DNA of 64,000 bases, from assembly GCA_947493265.1 (NCBI GenBank), contig CANLQL010000003.1, positions 500,485 through 564,484 of the forward strand, given 5' to 3'. A program made the position numbers and the translations under genes. Below, piece by piece: positions 47,053 to 55,118 of the stretch (position 1 is the first letter of the stretch; each line of letters opens with the position of its first letter). This DNA comes from an uncultured Litoreibacter sp. (GTDB lineage: Bacteria; Pseudomonadota; Alphaproteobacteria; Rhodobacterales; Rhodobacteraceae). Below the pieces are notes generated by a model that searched no databases, was not told the origin of the DNA, and saw only the letters and a list, made by a program, of their open reading frames with translations.

Positions 47053-48227
47053 CAATCACCTGCCTGAGCCGGTAATCCCAACATCAAACGTTTCTCTGCA
47101 TCGGTCAGGAACCCGGCGTTGGCAACGCGCTTCCATTGCGCTTCCCGCTCCACACTGAGTGCCGCGATTTGGTCCAGATCAGGGGTCAGTTGCAGAGCTT
47201 CGCCACCCATTTCACTGATCCAATGGGACACTGCCCCCATAACTTTTTTGGCCAGCGGCAATACCGTCAGGCGGTAGAAGGCACGGTTTGCCTCTTGATA
47301 ATTGGCGTAGGTCGCATCGCCTGGAATGCCCAACAACATCGGCGGAACTCCAAAAGCCTGCGCAATTTCGCGCGCCGCAGCGTCTTTGGTTTTCTGAAAT
47401 TCCATATCAGACGGGCTGAAGCCCATTGGTTTCCAGTCAAGGCCACCCTCAAGCAACATCGGACGACCGGCATTGCGCGCGCCCTGATGGTGCATCTCCA
47501 TCTCGTTTTGAAGCCGCTCATACTGATCATTGGTCATCGCAGCCTGGCCGTCACCACCCTTGTAGACAATCGCACCAGAGGGCCGCGCCGCATTGTCCAG
47601 AAGCGCCTTTGACCAACGCGACGCGGAGTTGTGCACATCAATCGCCGTCGCTGCCGCCTGCAGGGGCGAAAACCCATAATGGTCGTCCTGCGGGTGAAAG
47701 CTGCGGATATGGCAAATCGGGGCAAGATCACCGGTCATGTCAAACCGGTGCTTCCGACCACTGACAGAATATTCATAGGCGGACGGCCATCCATCTGCAC
47801 CCGGCACAAGCTTCATGCGATCCGACCGCAAAACATGCAGCTCTATCGGAATGTCGGCCTCGACGCCGACAGCCTCCAAATAGCCGTCTCCGGACAACAA
47901 AAGCTGGCCGTAAAGCGCCTCCAGCAGCTCGGAACGGCCCTGCGCCTGATTGGGGCGTGACACCAACGACAACACCGGATGTGTGTCAAACCGTTGCGTG
48001 CTGTCCTGCAAGATCAGCGGCAGCGACGCAGCGGCCTCCGCGATCATTTTTACCGACCTAAATCCTACTGGGTTGGATGCAAACCCCGCCTTGGTCAGAG
48101 AAACGGTATCGCGCGCGCTCCAGGCGACGCGGCCTGCCGAATGATATGCAACAACGCGGCCGGTTGCAGACGCTTTCGCCTCGGTTGGCGTGTCCGTGCT
48201 CGTGCGTCGCAAGAAATCAAATACCAT
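47052..48227 (-). CDS. HK97-family portal protein (RcGTA g3 equivalent)
   Basis: 391 aa with typical portal-family sequence and position. Confidence 0.95.
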   Translation of the reverse strand: MVFDFLRRTSTDTPTEAKASATGRVVAYHSAGRVAWSARDTVSLTKAGFASNPVGFRSVKMIAEAAASLPLILQDSTQRFDTHPVLSLVSRPNQAQGRSELLEALYGQLLLSGDGYLEAVGVEADIPIELHVLRSDRMKLVPGADGWPSAYEYSVSGRKHRFDMTGDLAPICHIRSFHPQDDHYGFSPLQAAATAIDVHNSASRWSKALLDNAARPSGAIVYKGGDGQAAMTNDQYERLQNEMEMHHQGARNAGRPMLLEGGLDWKPMGFSPSDMEFQKTKDAAAREIAQAFGVPPMLLGIPGDATYANYQEANRAFYRLTVLPLAKKVMGAVSHWISEMGGEALQLTPDLDQIAALSVEREAQWKRVANAGFLTDAEKRLMLGLPAQAGD

Positions 48228-48247
48228 TCCCAGGCTCCCGTAATCCG

Positions 48248-48283
48248 AAAAAAAAGAGGCCCCCGATCTGGATCGAGAGCCTC
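48248..48283 (-). terminator. Intrinsic-terminator-like hairpin plus U8 between the terminase and portal genes
   Basis: On the minus strand: GAGGCTCT-CGATC-CA-GATCG-GGGGCCTC followed by TTTTTTTT (plus-strand A-run at 48248-48255). It lies in the 136-bp g2-g3 gap, about 20 nt before the portal ATG. Confidence 0.5.
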
Positions 48284-48363
48284 ACAATGTCTGCACTGAT
48301 CCCACGAAATAGAGGGGCGTGCTTTTCTCAGTAACCAATTTACATCGAACTGGTTAATGGCTG

Positions 48364-49770
48364 TTAAAGGGTGCGTACGCGCGGGGGTGTGTCCCCTTGT
48401 CCCGACAGCATTAAATCTTTGATTGCCCAGACCAATGCGTCTACCCGATCGGGGGAGCCGCGACCTTGAAAACCTTGCGTGGTCAGCTTGACCATCTGAT
48501 CTTCCAACGCACCCAAGTCCCCGTAATGGCGCACCCGTCCCTGTTCATAAAGTGCTGCTACCGGTTCGGCACGGGCCACTTTGCCACGCGACGCCCGAAG
48601 CGCTCCAAAAGGTGTCAGGGGTGCAACTTGTCGAATAAGCTGTTCGACAAGATCGCCGCCCTGATTGATCTCTGCGACGATCTTGTCTGCGTCATGACGC
48701 TCAAAGGCTGCAACGGCCGCCTCCGCCCAGCCTTGTGGGCTGGCCCCTTTGACCGTCGCGTCTTCCAGAACGTAGGCGCGCCAGTCCTGCGGCGGACCTT
48801 GCAATTGCGCACCGACCACAACGATCCCACACGCGTCCGAGCTTTTGCCAGAAGACACCGCCGGATCAACGGCCACGACAATTCTGTCCAGTTCGGGGAT
48901 GTCGTTTGCCCGTGCCACGTCCAACGTCTCACGGGTCCACAACGCTCCTTCGATATCATCCAACAGAACGCCATCCAATTCCTGACGACCAAGGCTGGTA
49001 TTGCCGTATCGCGCGCGCACATCGGCCAGAAAGTTATCTGCCAAATGGGCCCGGTTCGCTTCTGTCGGGGCCGAGGTGACAACGCTTGAAGGCGCGCTCA
49101 AGATTTGCTTCAGCACAGCGACGTTGCGCGGGGTGGTCGTGACCACTTGCTGCGGCATCTCTCCCAAGCGCAAACCAAATTGCAGCATATCCCAGGCCTC
49201 TTCTGCCTGCTTCCATTTCGCCAATTCATCGACCCATGCGGCGTCAAATTGTGGACCCCGCAACCCTTCTGGCGTGGACGCGGAATGCGCTTCCGCAATG
49301 GCACCATTTGGCCAGACCAGCCTGCGCCGGGTCGCTTGCCACTCCGGTCTACGGTCGGGCGGTGACACTGCCAGAATACCGCTATCACCAAAAATCATCA
49401 CGTCACGCACCTGATCAAAAGTCTCGCCAACAAGCGCCACGCGTCGCGCGCGTCCATGATCAAGTGGCGTGGCACCTTCCACCATGCTGCGCACCCATTC
49501 AGCGCCCGCGCGGGTTTTGCCAGCCCCGCGACCGCCCATGATCACCCAACTGCGCCAATTACCTTCTGGCGGCAATTGATGCGGCAAAGCCCAGAAATCA
49601 AAAAGGTAGGGAAGCGCGGCGATAGCCTCGTCACTCAGACTGTCCAGAAATTCTGTCCTGATCTGCGGCGCGGCGGAGGCGATCCAGTCGGCTCCCGATT
49701 TCAGATCGAACGGCGTCAAGGTCGAAACTTGCGCCAACAGTTTGGGCGCGTCTGGATTTGTCGAACTCAT
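48364..49770 (-). CDS. Terminase large subunit (RcGTA g2 equivalent)
   Basis: 468 aa with Walker A GGRGAGKT and a C-terminal nuclease domain. The ATG at 49770 is the only in-frame ATG before Walker A. Confidence 0.95.
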   Translation of the reverse strand: MSSTNPDAPKLLAQVSTLTPFDLKSGADWIASAAPQIRTEFLDSLSDEAIAALPYLFDFWALPHQLPPEGNWRSWVIMGGRGAGKTRAGAEWVRSMVEGATPLDHGRARRVALVGETFDQVRDVMIFGDSGILAVSPPDRRPEWQATRRRLVWPNGAIAEAHSASTPEGLRGPQFDAAWVDELAKWKQAEEAWDMLQFGLRLGEMPQQVVTTTPRNVAVLKQILSAPSSVVTSAPTEANRAHLADNFLADVRARYGNTSLGRQELDGVLLDDIEGALWTRETLDVARANDIPELDRIVVAVDPAVSSGKSSDACGIVVVGAQLQGPPQDWRAYVLEDATVKGASPQGWAEAAVAAFERHDADKIVAEINQGGDLVEQLIRQVAPLTPFGALRASRGKVARAEPVAALYEQGRVRHYGDLGALEDQMVKLTTQGFQGRGSPDRVDALVWAIKDLMLSGQGDTPPRVRTL

Positions 49771-50008
49771 TGAGAGAATACTCCTGCTGCATCAACAGCT
49801 TGATCAGGGCATCAACATCCCCCTTCACGAGGCTGCCAAGCTTCTTGTGGTTTGCTTGCGAATCGCCGTCTTTCAGGCGCTCCCATTCGGTGCTGATCTC
49901 TTCCTTTAATTCGCTTGTCATGCGCGCAAGCAAACGCAAGTTCAGCAACACATCTTCCAAACGCTTCGCCCCGCTGGACATGTCCAGTTCCGGCGTATCT
50001 CCATCCAT
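49631..50008 (-). CDS. GTA g1-like protein (candidate small terminase); start uncertain
   Basis: The track ORF 49631..50065 starts at TTG; the first ATG is at 50008 (MDGDTPELDMSSG...). It is helical and charged, sits in the first position of the cluster, and overlaps the TerL ORF by 140 nt in another frame. Confidence 0.55.
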   Translation of the reverse strand: MDGDTPELDMSSGAKRLEDVLLNLRLLARMTSELKEEISTEWERLKDGDSQANHKKLGSLVKGDVDALIKLLMQQEYSLNEFDKSRRAQTVGASFDLDAVRSEIGSRLDRLRRAADQDRISGQSE

Positions 50009-50165
50009 GGCGTATATCCCGCTGCGCGCCCCCAATTTGCGACACAGCAATAAAAAACGGCCCAAAGCCTTTATGGCCCCGACCGTTTGCCCACTTCTCC
50101 CAGCGTGGAACTACACTACCTGATACCGGCCCAAAAGTCAACTTTCAGCACCGAACGGACCTTTA

Positions 50166-50181
50166 TTAACAAGGGGTTAAC
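50166..50181. promoter_or_regulatory. Perfect CtrA box (TTAA-N7-TTAAC) upstream of the GTA cluster
   Basis: TTAACAAGGGGTTAAC lies in the 137-bp gap between the mltG stop (50203) and the g1 ORF. It is about 100-160 bp upstream of the candidate g1 starts. Confidence 0.55.
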
Positions 50182-50202
50182 AGAAATCTGCGTACCGCAC
50201 CG

Positions 50203-51363
50203 CTAGTTGTTTGCGTTGCGCTCAGCCTCGATCTTTCGCCACTTTGCGACGTTCGCATTGTGCTCGGCGATGGTGACCGCGAATGCGTGCCCGCCCGTGC
50301 CATCAGCAACGAAGAAGATGAAGGGCGTTTCGTCAGGATTCAGTGCCGCTTCGATCGCCGCCCGCCCGGGATTTGCAATCGGTGTGGGTGGCAAGCCATT
50401 GATAACATACGTGTTGTATGGCGTTTCCCGACGCAGCTCGCTTTGGCGAATACCGCGTCCCAAACCATTGCTTTCGCCGTTGGTGATACCATAGATCACA
50501 GTCGGGTCAGTTTGCAGCTTCATGCCCTGTCTCAGGCGGTTGGTGAACACGCTGGCCACTTGTTTACGTTCCTCTGCGACCCCTGTCTCCTTCTCTACGA
50601 TAGAGGCGAGGATCAGCGCTTCTTCAGGTGTCTCAACCGCGGCATCTTCCGACCGGTTTTCCCATTCTTCCGCCAAAATTCGTTCCTGTGCCGCAGCCAT
50701 CCGCGCCAAGATATCTGCACGGTTCTCTCCGCGCGGCACTTCATAGGTGTCCGGGGCCAAACTTCCTTCCGCCGGGGTTGATGCAATCTCCCCCTCCAGG
50801 AAATCCGCAGCCCGCAGACCTTCCGCAATCTGCCAACTGGACAGCCCTTCAGCGACGCCAATACGATAGACAATCGGCGTGTCTGCTGCGACGGCTTCCG
50901 AATAGGCCTCCGGCAGCGGCTCACCTGCTTTGAATTCGGCCAGCACGACTTCTTCACCCGTGCCTGGAATACGCTCGCGGAAGCGCATCTCTGCGCCGGA
51001 ATTGCGGATCACGTAGCTGGCAACAAACCGGAATGTGCTGGGACCGCCCTTAGTCACGATATCCAGGATCTCAGCCATGGTCGCACCGGCGGGAATTTCA
51101 TAATTGCCGAATTTCAGATCCTGTGCCCGGTCGCTATATTCAACACCTAAACGGAAGATCATCGCGGAAGACACCGCGCCCTGAGATTCCAACTTCTGTG
51201 ACACGTCCCGCAGCGACGCCCCGCGCGGAACCTCAAAGAACTTCGCCTGTTCCAGTGGACCGTCTGCGTTGAACTGCGACTGCCCCCAACCGATCGCGAC
51301 GCCAACGGCAATCAGCAGAACGATCAGCACGGTCAATGCGTTAGAGGCGATAGCCTTCCACAT
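50203..51363 (-). CDS. mltG: Endolytic murein transglycosylase MltG (YceG-like)
   Basis: 386 aa with an N-terminal TM helix and the YceG domain (ASIVEKETGVAEERKQVASVFTNRLRQGMKLQTDPTVIYG). It follows fabF, as is usual. Confidence 0.9.
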   Translation of the reverse strand: MWKAIASNALTVLIVLLIAVGVAIGWGQSQFNADGPLEQAKFFEVPRGASLRDVSQKLESQGAVSSAMIFRLGVEYSDRAQDLKFGNYEIPAGATMAEILDIVTKGGPSTFRFVASYVIRNSGAEMRFRERIPGTGEEVVLAEFKAGEPLPEAYSEAVAADTPIVYRIGVAEGLSSWQIAEGLRAADFLEGEIASTPAEGSLAPDTYEVPRGENRADILARMAAAQERILAEEWENRSEDAAVETPEEALILASIVEKETGVAEERKQVASVFTNRLRQGMKLQTDPTVIYGITNGESNGLGRGIRQSELRRETPYNTYVINGLPPTPIANPGRAAIEAALNPDETPFIFFVADGTGGHAFAVTIAEHNANVAKWRKIEAERNANN

Positions 51364-51369
51364 TTTGGA

Positions 51370-52626
51370 TCAAACCTTTCCCATCACCAAACAGGCATTT
51401 GTGCCGCCAAATCCAAAGGAATTTGACATCACGACATTGATCTCCGTTTCAACCTTCGTATTTGCACACAGGTTGATCTTGGTTTCCGCAGCTGGCGTAT
51501 CAAGATTGATCGTCGGTGGAGCCACCTGATCGCGCAGCGCCAATATGCAGAAGATCGCTTCAATCGCGCCTGCGGCCCCCAAAAGGTGCCCCGTGGAGGA
51601 TTTGGTTGATGACATCACCGCATTCTCGGCGGCGTCTCCCAGCAACCGCTCAACCGCACCCAGCTCAATCGTATCCGCCATGGTCGAGGTGCCGTGCGCA
51701 TTGATGTAATTGATCTCTGACACGTCGATGCCAGCGCGCTTCACAGCGGCGCGCATCGCACGTTCTGCACCTTCATGATCTTCGGGCGGCGCAGTGATGT
51801 GATGCGCATCCCCTGAAAGACCGTAACCCAGAACTTCGGCATAGATTTTCGCACCACGCGCTTTGGCATGTTCATATTCTTCCAGAACAATGACGCCTGC
51901 GCCCTCGCCCATGACAAACCCGTCCCGGTCGGCGTCCCATGGACGGCTGGCGGATTTTGGATCATCTGCCCGCGACGTCGACAACGCCTTACACGCGTTG
52001 AACCCTGCAATTCCGATTTCCGAGATCGGGCTTTCAGCTCCACCAGCGATCATCACATCCGCATCGTCCAAAGCAATCAATCGCGCGGCATCGCCAATTG
52101 CATGCGCACCCGTTGAACATGCCGTCACAACAGCGTGGTTTGGCCCTTTGAAACCGTGTTTGATCGAAACCTGGCCAGAGACAAGGTTGATCAACGCGCC
52201 GGGAATAAAGAAAGGGGACACTCGCCGCGGGCCACGTTCTTTGATCAAAACGGCTGTTTCGGCGATGGATGTCAGTCCACCAATGCCGGATCCGATCATG
52301 ACGCCGGTGCGTTCCAGGTCTTCCTTGGCTTCCGGTGTCCAGCCTGCATCCGCAATCGCCATATCGGCGGCCGCGATCCCATACAGAATAAACTCATCAA
52401 CTTTGCGCTGGTCTTTCGGGGCCATCCACTCGTCCGGGTTGAAGGTCCCATCCGACCCGTCGCCGCGTGGGACTTCGCACGCATAGCCAGTCCCAAGGTG
52501 GCTGGCGTCAAACTTTTCGATTGTGCCGGCACCGGAGTCGCCCGCCAACAGCCGGGACCACGTGGCCTCCACACCGCTCGCCAAAGGCGTCACCATTCCC
52601 AAACCTGTTACAACTACTCGACGCAT
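51370..52626 (-). CDS. fabF: Beta-ketoacyl-ACP synthase II
   Basis: Track ORF 51370..52896 was trimmed to the ATG at 52626 (MRRVVVTGLGMVTPL...). The active-site Cys context VVTACSTGAH and the His-His motifs are present. Confidence 0.95.
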   Translation of the reverse strand: MRRVVVTGLGMVTPLASGVEATWSRLLAGDSGAGTIEKFDASHLGTGYACEVPRGDGSDGTFNPDEWMAPKDQRKVDEFILYGIAAADMAIADAGWTPEAKEDLERTGVMIGSGIGGLTSIAETAVLIKERGPRRVSPFFIPGALINLVSGQVSIKHGFKGPNHAVVTACSTGAHAIGDAARLIALDDADVMIAGGAESPISEIGIAGFNACKALSTSRADDPKSASRPWDADRDGFVMGEGAGVIVLEEYEHAKARGAKIYAEVLGYGLSGDAHHITAPPEDHEGAERAMRAAVKRAGIDVSEINYINAHGTSTMADTIELGAVERLLGDAAENAVMSSTKSSTGHLLGAAGAIEAIFCILALRDQVAPPTINLDTPAAETKINLCANTKVETEINVVMSNSFGFGGTNACLVMGKV

Positions 52627-52868
52627 GCCCACCCCTTTTTTAGGTCCAAAGGTTTCTCGTTCGTCATACACGGCGTAGGGCGTCAGGGGCAAGGGCTTGG
52701 CCTCGCGAAACCACGCCAGATCGCTCTTTTGGGCAGTGTTCAGCGCGCCCAGCGCATTGTTAAGGCAAATAGACGCAAAACGGCCGCTGATTTCCCTTGC
52801 AAGCCCGGCACACCCACGGCACCAATTCCCTTGAGAATACGAATTCAAACCATAAGAAAGCCGAACCG

Positions 52869-53897
52869 ATGAGCACGCTCCAAGACGCAAAATCAATTGC
52901 GCGCGCCTATATGTCCCAATTCGACGCCGCCACGTCTGCGGATCGGCTCAAGGTTCTCAAAAGCTTTGCCAGTGACGACTATGCTTGGCGGGGCATGCAC
53001 CCGTTTCACGAACAAGACAGCGCTGACGCCGCAATCACAGCATTCTGGCATCCCTATCTCGCAGCATTTTCGGCGGTTCAGCGCCGCGAAGACGTGTTTC
53101 TGGCCGGGCTAAATGATTGCGATGATGCCTCCAGCGTCTGGACCTGTTCCATGGGACATTTCTTAGGGCTTTTTGACAATCCTTGGCTGGGAATTGCACC
53201 GACAGGAAAGATCACGCTTCTGCGCTACGCCGAATTTCACCGGATCAAAGACGGAAAAATAGCCGAAACCGCCCTGTTTTGCGACATCTTGAGCGTCCTG
53301 TCTCAGGCCGGTCAAAACCCGCTGCCACCCCAAACCGGCGCGGACTTTATCCACCCCGGGCCGCGCACCCATGACGGCATCTTGCTTGCCGAGTATCCTT
53401 TGGAAGACGGGCAAAAAACCCTGGCACTTGTTAATCGCATGGCCTCCGACATCTCGCGCGCCAATGAAATCCTGCAAGGCAAGCGTCCCGGCGAAGTTTT
53501 AACGCCGCATGACGAGATGGCCCGCAATTGGCACGAGGATATGGCGTGGTATGGGCCAACCGGCATCGGGGCAACCTACACAATCGATCGCTATATCGAA
53601 CAACATCAGGGACCTTTCCGCACGCAACTTGCCGATCGGGTCTTCCACGGTCATGTCGCCCGGATCGCTGAAGGCAATTATTGCGGGTTTTTCGGCTGGC
53701 CGAACCTGTCAGTAACGCCAACTGGCGGCTACCTAGGACTGCCTGCCACGAACAAACCTGCGCCAATGCGCGTCGTCGATGTATACCGGCGTGACGGGGA
53801 TAAATTGGCAGAAAACTGGGTCTTCATCGATATTCTGCATTTCTTGAACATGCAGGGTCTCGATGTATTGGGAAGGTTGAACGTCAAACGCCCGTAA
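52869..53897 (+). CDS. Tandem SnoaL-like / NTF2-fold (ester cyclase-like) protein
   Basis: Track ORF 52797..53897 was trimmed to the ATG at 52869 (MSTLQDAKSIARAYM...). The two halves each have an NTF2-like pattern (...KI.E...F.D....L.Q.G). It is on the opposite strand, inside the fab cluster. Confidence 0.6.
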   Translation: MSTLQDAKSIARAYMSQFDAATSADRLKVLKSFASDDYAWRGMHPFHEQDSADAAITAFWHPYLAAFSAVQRREDVFLAGLNDCDDASSVWTCSMGHFLGLFDNPWLGIAPTGKITLLRYAEFHRIKDGKIAETALFCDILSVLSQAGQNPLPPQTGADFIHPGPRTHDGILLAEYPLEDGQKTLALVNRMASDISRANEILQGKRPGEVLTPHDEMARNWHEDMAWYGPTGIGATYTIDRYIEQHQGPFRTQLADRVFHGHVARIAEGNYCGFFGWPNLSVTPTGGYLGLPATNKPAPMRVVDVYRRDGDKLAENWVFIDILHFLNMQGLDVLGRLNVKRP

Positions 53898-53912
53898 TTC
53901 TGCGCAAAAGAA

Positions 53913-53939
53913 AAACGGCACCCGCTAGGGATGCCGTTT
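53913..53939. terminator. Bidirectional intrinsic terminator
   Basis: AAACGGCACCC-GCTA-GGGATGCCGTTT, with an A-rich stretch before and TTTCTC after. It lies between the convergent SnoaL-like gene and acpP. Confidence 0.65.
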
Positions 53940-53961
53940 CTCAAATCTTTTTCAAAGAGGC

Positions 53962-54195
53962 TTAGGAAGCTTCTGTGATGAATTTTGTCGCGTCGCCGAA
54001 AGTTTGGATCGTTTCAGCCGCGTCATCAGGAATTTCAATTCCGAACTCTTCTTCGAACGCCATAACCAGCTCAACTGTGTCCAGGCTGTCTGCGCCCAGG
54101 TCGTCGATGAAAGACGCGTTTGCTACGACTTTGTCTTCTTCTACACCAAGGTGCTCGACAACAATCTTTTTCACGCGATCTGCGATGTCGCTCAT
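53962..54195 (-). CDS. acpP: Acyl carrier protein
   Basis: 77 aa with [19 protein letters not shown] (the phosphopantetheine-attachment Ser). Confidence 0.95.
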   Translation of the reverse strand: MSDIADRVKKIVVEHLGVEEDKVVANASFIDDLGADSLDTVELVMAFEEEFGIEIPDDAAETIQTFGDATKFITEAS

Positions 54196-54380
54196 GTTAA
54201 ATATCCTCGTATCTCTGTCGGGTGTAACCCGCTCGTGGTAATGGCCATATGACCTGTATTTACAGGCCCTGTTGCATTTTCCGCGGGAGCCCCCCCGGCA
54301 TAGCTGCGCCGCCTATAGCATATCAAATGGGGAACGCAAACGCTTATGCAACCCCTCGTTTCCCGGCAATTGCGCCGAAA

Positions 54381-55118
54381 TCAAAGCATCGCCATGCCGC
54401 CATTGACGTGCAAGGTCGTGCCCGTGACATAGCCTGCCTGTGGACTGGCAAGGTAAAGCGCGGCAGCTGCGATCTCATCGGCCTCCCCCATACGCCCGGC
54501 GGGAATTTGTCCCAAAATGCCTGCTTTTTGATCATCTGTCAGCTTGTCGGTCATCGCTGTCGTGATGAAGCCTGGGGCCACGCAATTGACGGTAATCCCA
54601 CGGCTTGCGACCTCATAAGCCAGCGATTTGGACATACCCACCATGCCCGCCTTGGAGGCTGCGTAGTTGCCCTGCCCCGGATTGCCCGTTGCTCCAACAA
54701 CCGAGCTGATGTTGACGATCCGCCCCCACCGCGCCTTCATCATGCCGCGCAAGACACCTTTGCACAGCTTGAAGGTCGAGGTCAGATTGACGTCAATCAC
54801 CGATTGCCATTCATCGTCTGACATCCGCATGAACAGGTTATCCCGCGTGATCCCGGCGTTGTTCACCAGGATATCCACGGCACCCATAGCCTCTGCAGCC
54901 TGTTTCGGCAGCGCGTCTACGGCTTCAAAATCTGACAGGTTACAGGGCAAGACATGAGCCCGCTCGCCCAGCTGTGCTGCCAAGGCTTCCAGCGGTTCCG
55001 TGCGTGTTCCCGAAAGCGCCACAGTTGCGCCCGCTGCATGCAACGCAGTGGCAATCGCACCGCCGATGCCACCAGATGCGCCTGTTACGAGGGCGGATTT
55101 TCCTGTTAAATCAGTCAT
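54381..55118 (-). CDS. fabG: 3-oxoacyl-ACP reductase
   Basis: SDR family with TGASGGIG, NNAG and YAASKAG motifs. ATGA overlap with the fabD stop. Confidence 0.95.
   Translation of the reverse strand: MTDLTGKSALVTGASGGIGGAIATALHAAGATVALSGTRTEPLEALAAQLGERAHVLPCNLSDFEAVDALPKQAAEAMGAVDILVNNAGITRDNLFMRMSDDEWQSVIDVNLTSTFKLCKGVLRGMMKARWGRIVNISSVVGATGNPGQGNYAASKAGMVGMSKSLAYEVASRGITVNCVAPGFITTAMTDKLTDDQKAGILGQIPAGRMGEADEIAAAALYLASPQAGYVTGTTLHVNGGMAML

Larger units (their letters stand above)
35156..50065 (-). mobile_element. RcGTA-type gene transfer agent (GTA) structural cluster: a domesticated head-tail phage module without integrase, replication or lysis genes
   Basis: All genes are co-directional, in the order TerS-like, TerL, portal, g3.5, prohead protease, HK97 capsid, connector, adaptor, DUF3168, major tail, two chaperone-like ORFs, short tape measure, DUF2460, DUF2163, NlpC/P60, 1315-aa host-specificity protein, DUF2793. 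Most junctions overlap by 1 or 4 nt. cysE flanks the distal end, which I recall as typical of Rhodobacterales GTA loci. Confidence 0.9.

Noticed and set aside
35156-50065. Interpretation of the phage-like cluster as an intact or cryptic prophage.
   Set aside because: No integrase, excisionase, repressor, replication, holin or endolysin genes are present, and I noticed no att-like direct repeats at the borders. The gene order and the DUF2460/DUF2163/NlpC/g15 set are specific to RcGTA-type elements.
51370-52896. N-terminal extensions of track ORFs: fabF to 52896, cysE to 34545, DUF1326 to 2210, g6 to 44906, g7 to 44361, GntR from 2652, pgk from 26988 and YceI to 58131.
   Set aside because: The extensions overlap neighbouring genes or promoter DNA, have no conserved sequence, and contain internal starts with ribosome-binding sites that give canonical N-termini. 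The shorter coordinates were used.
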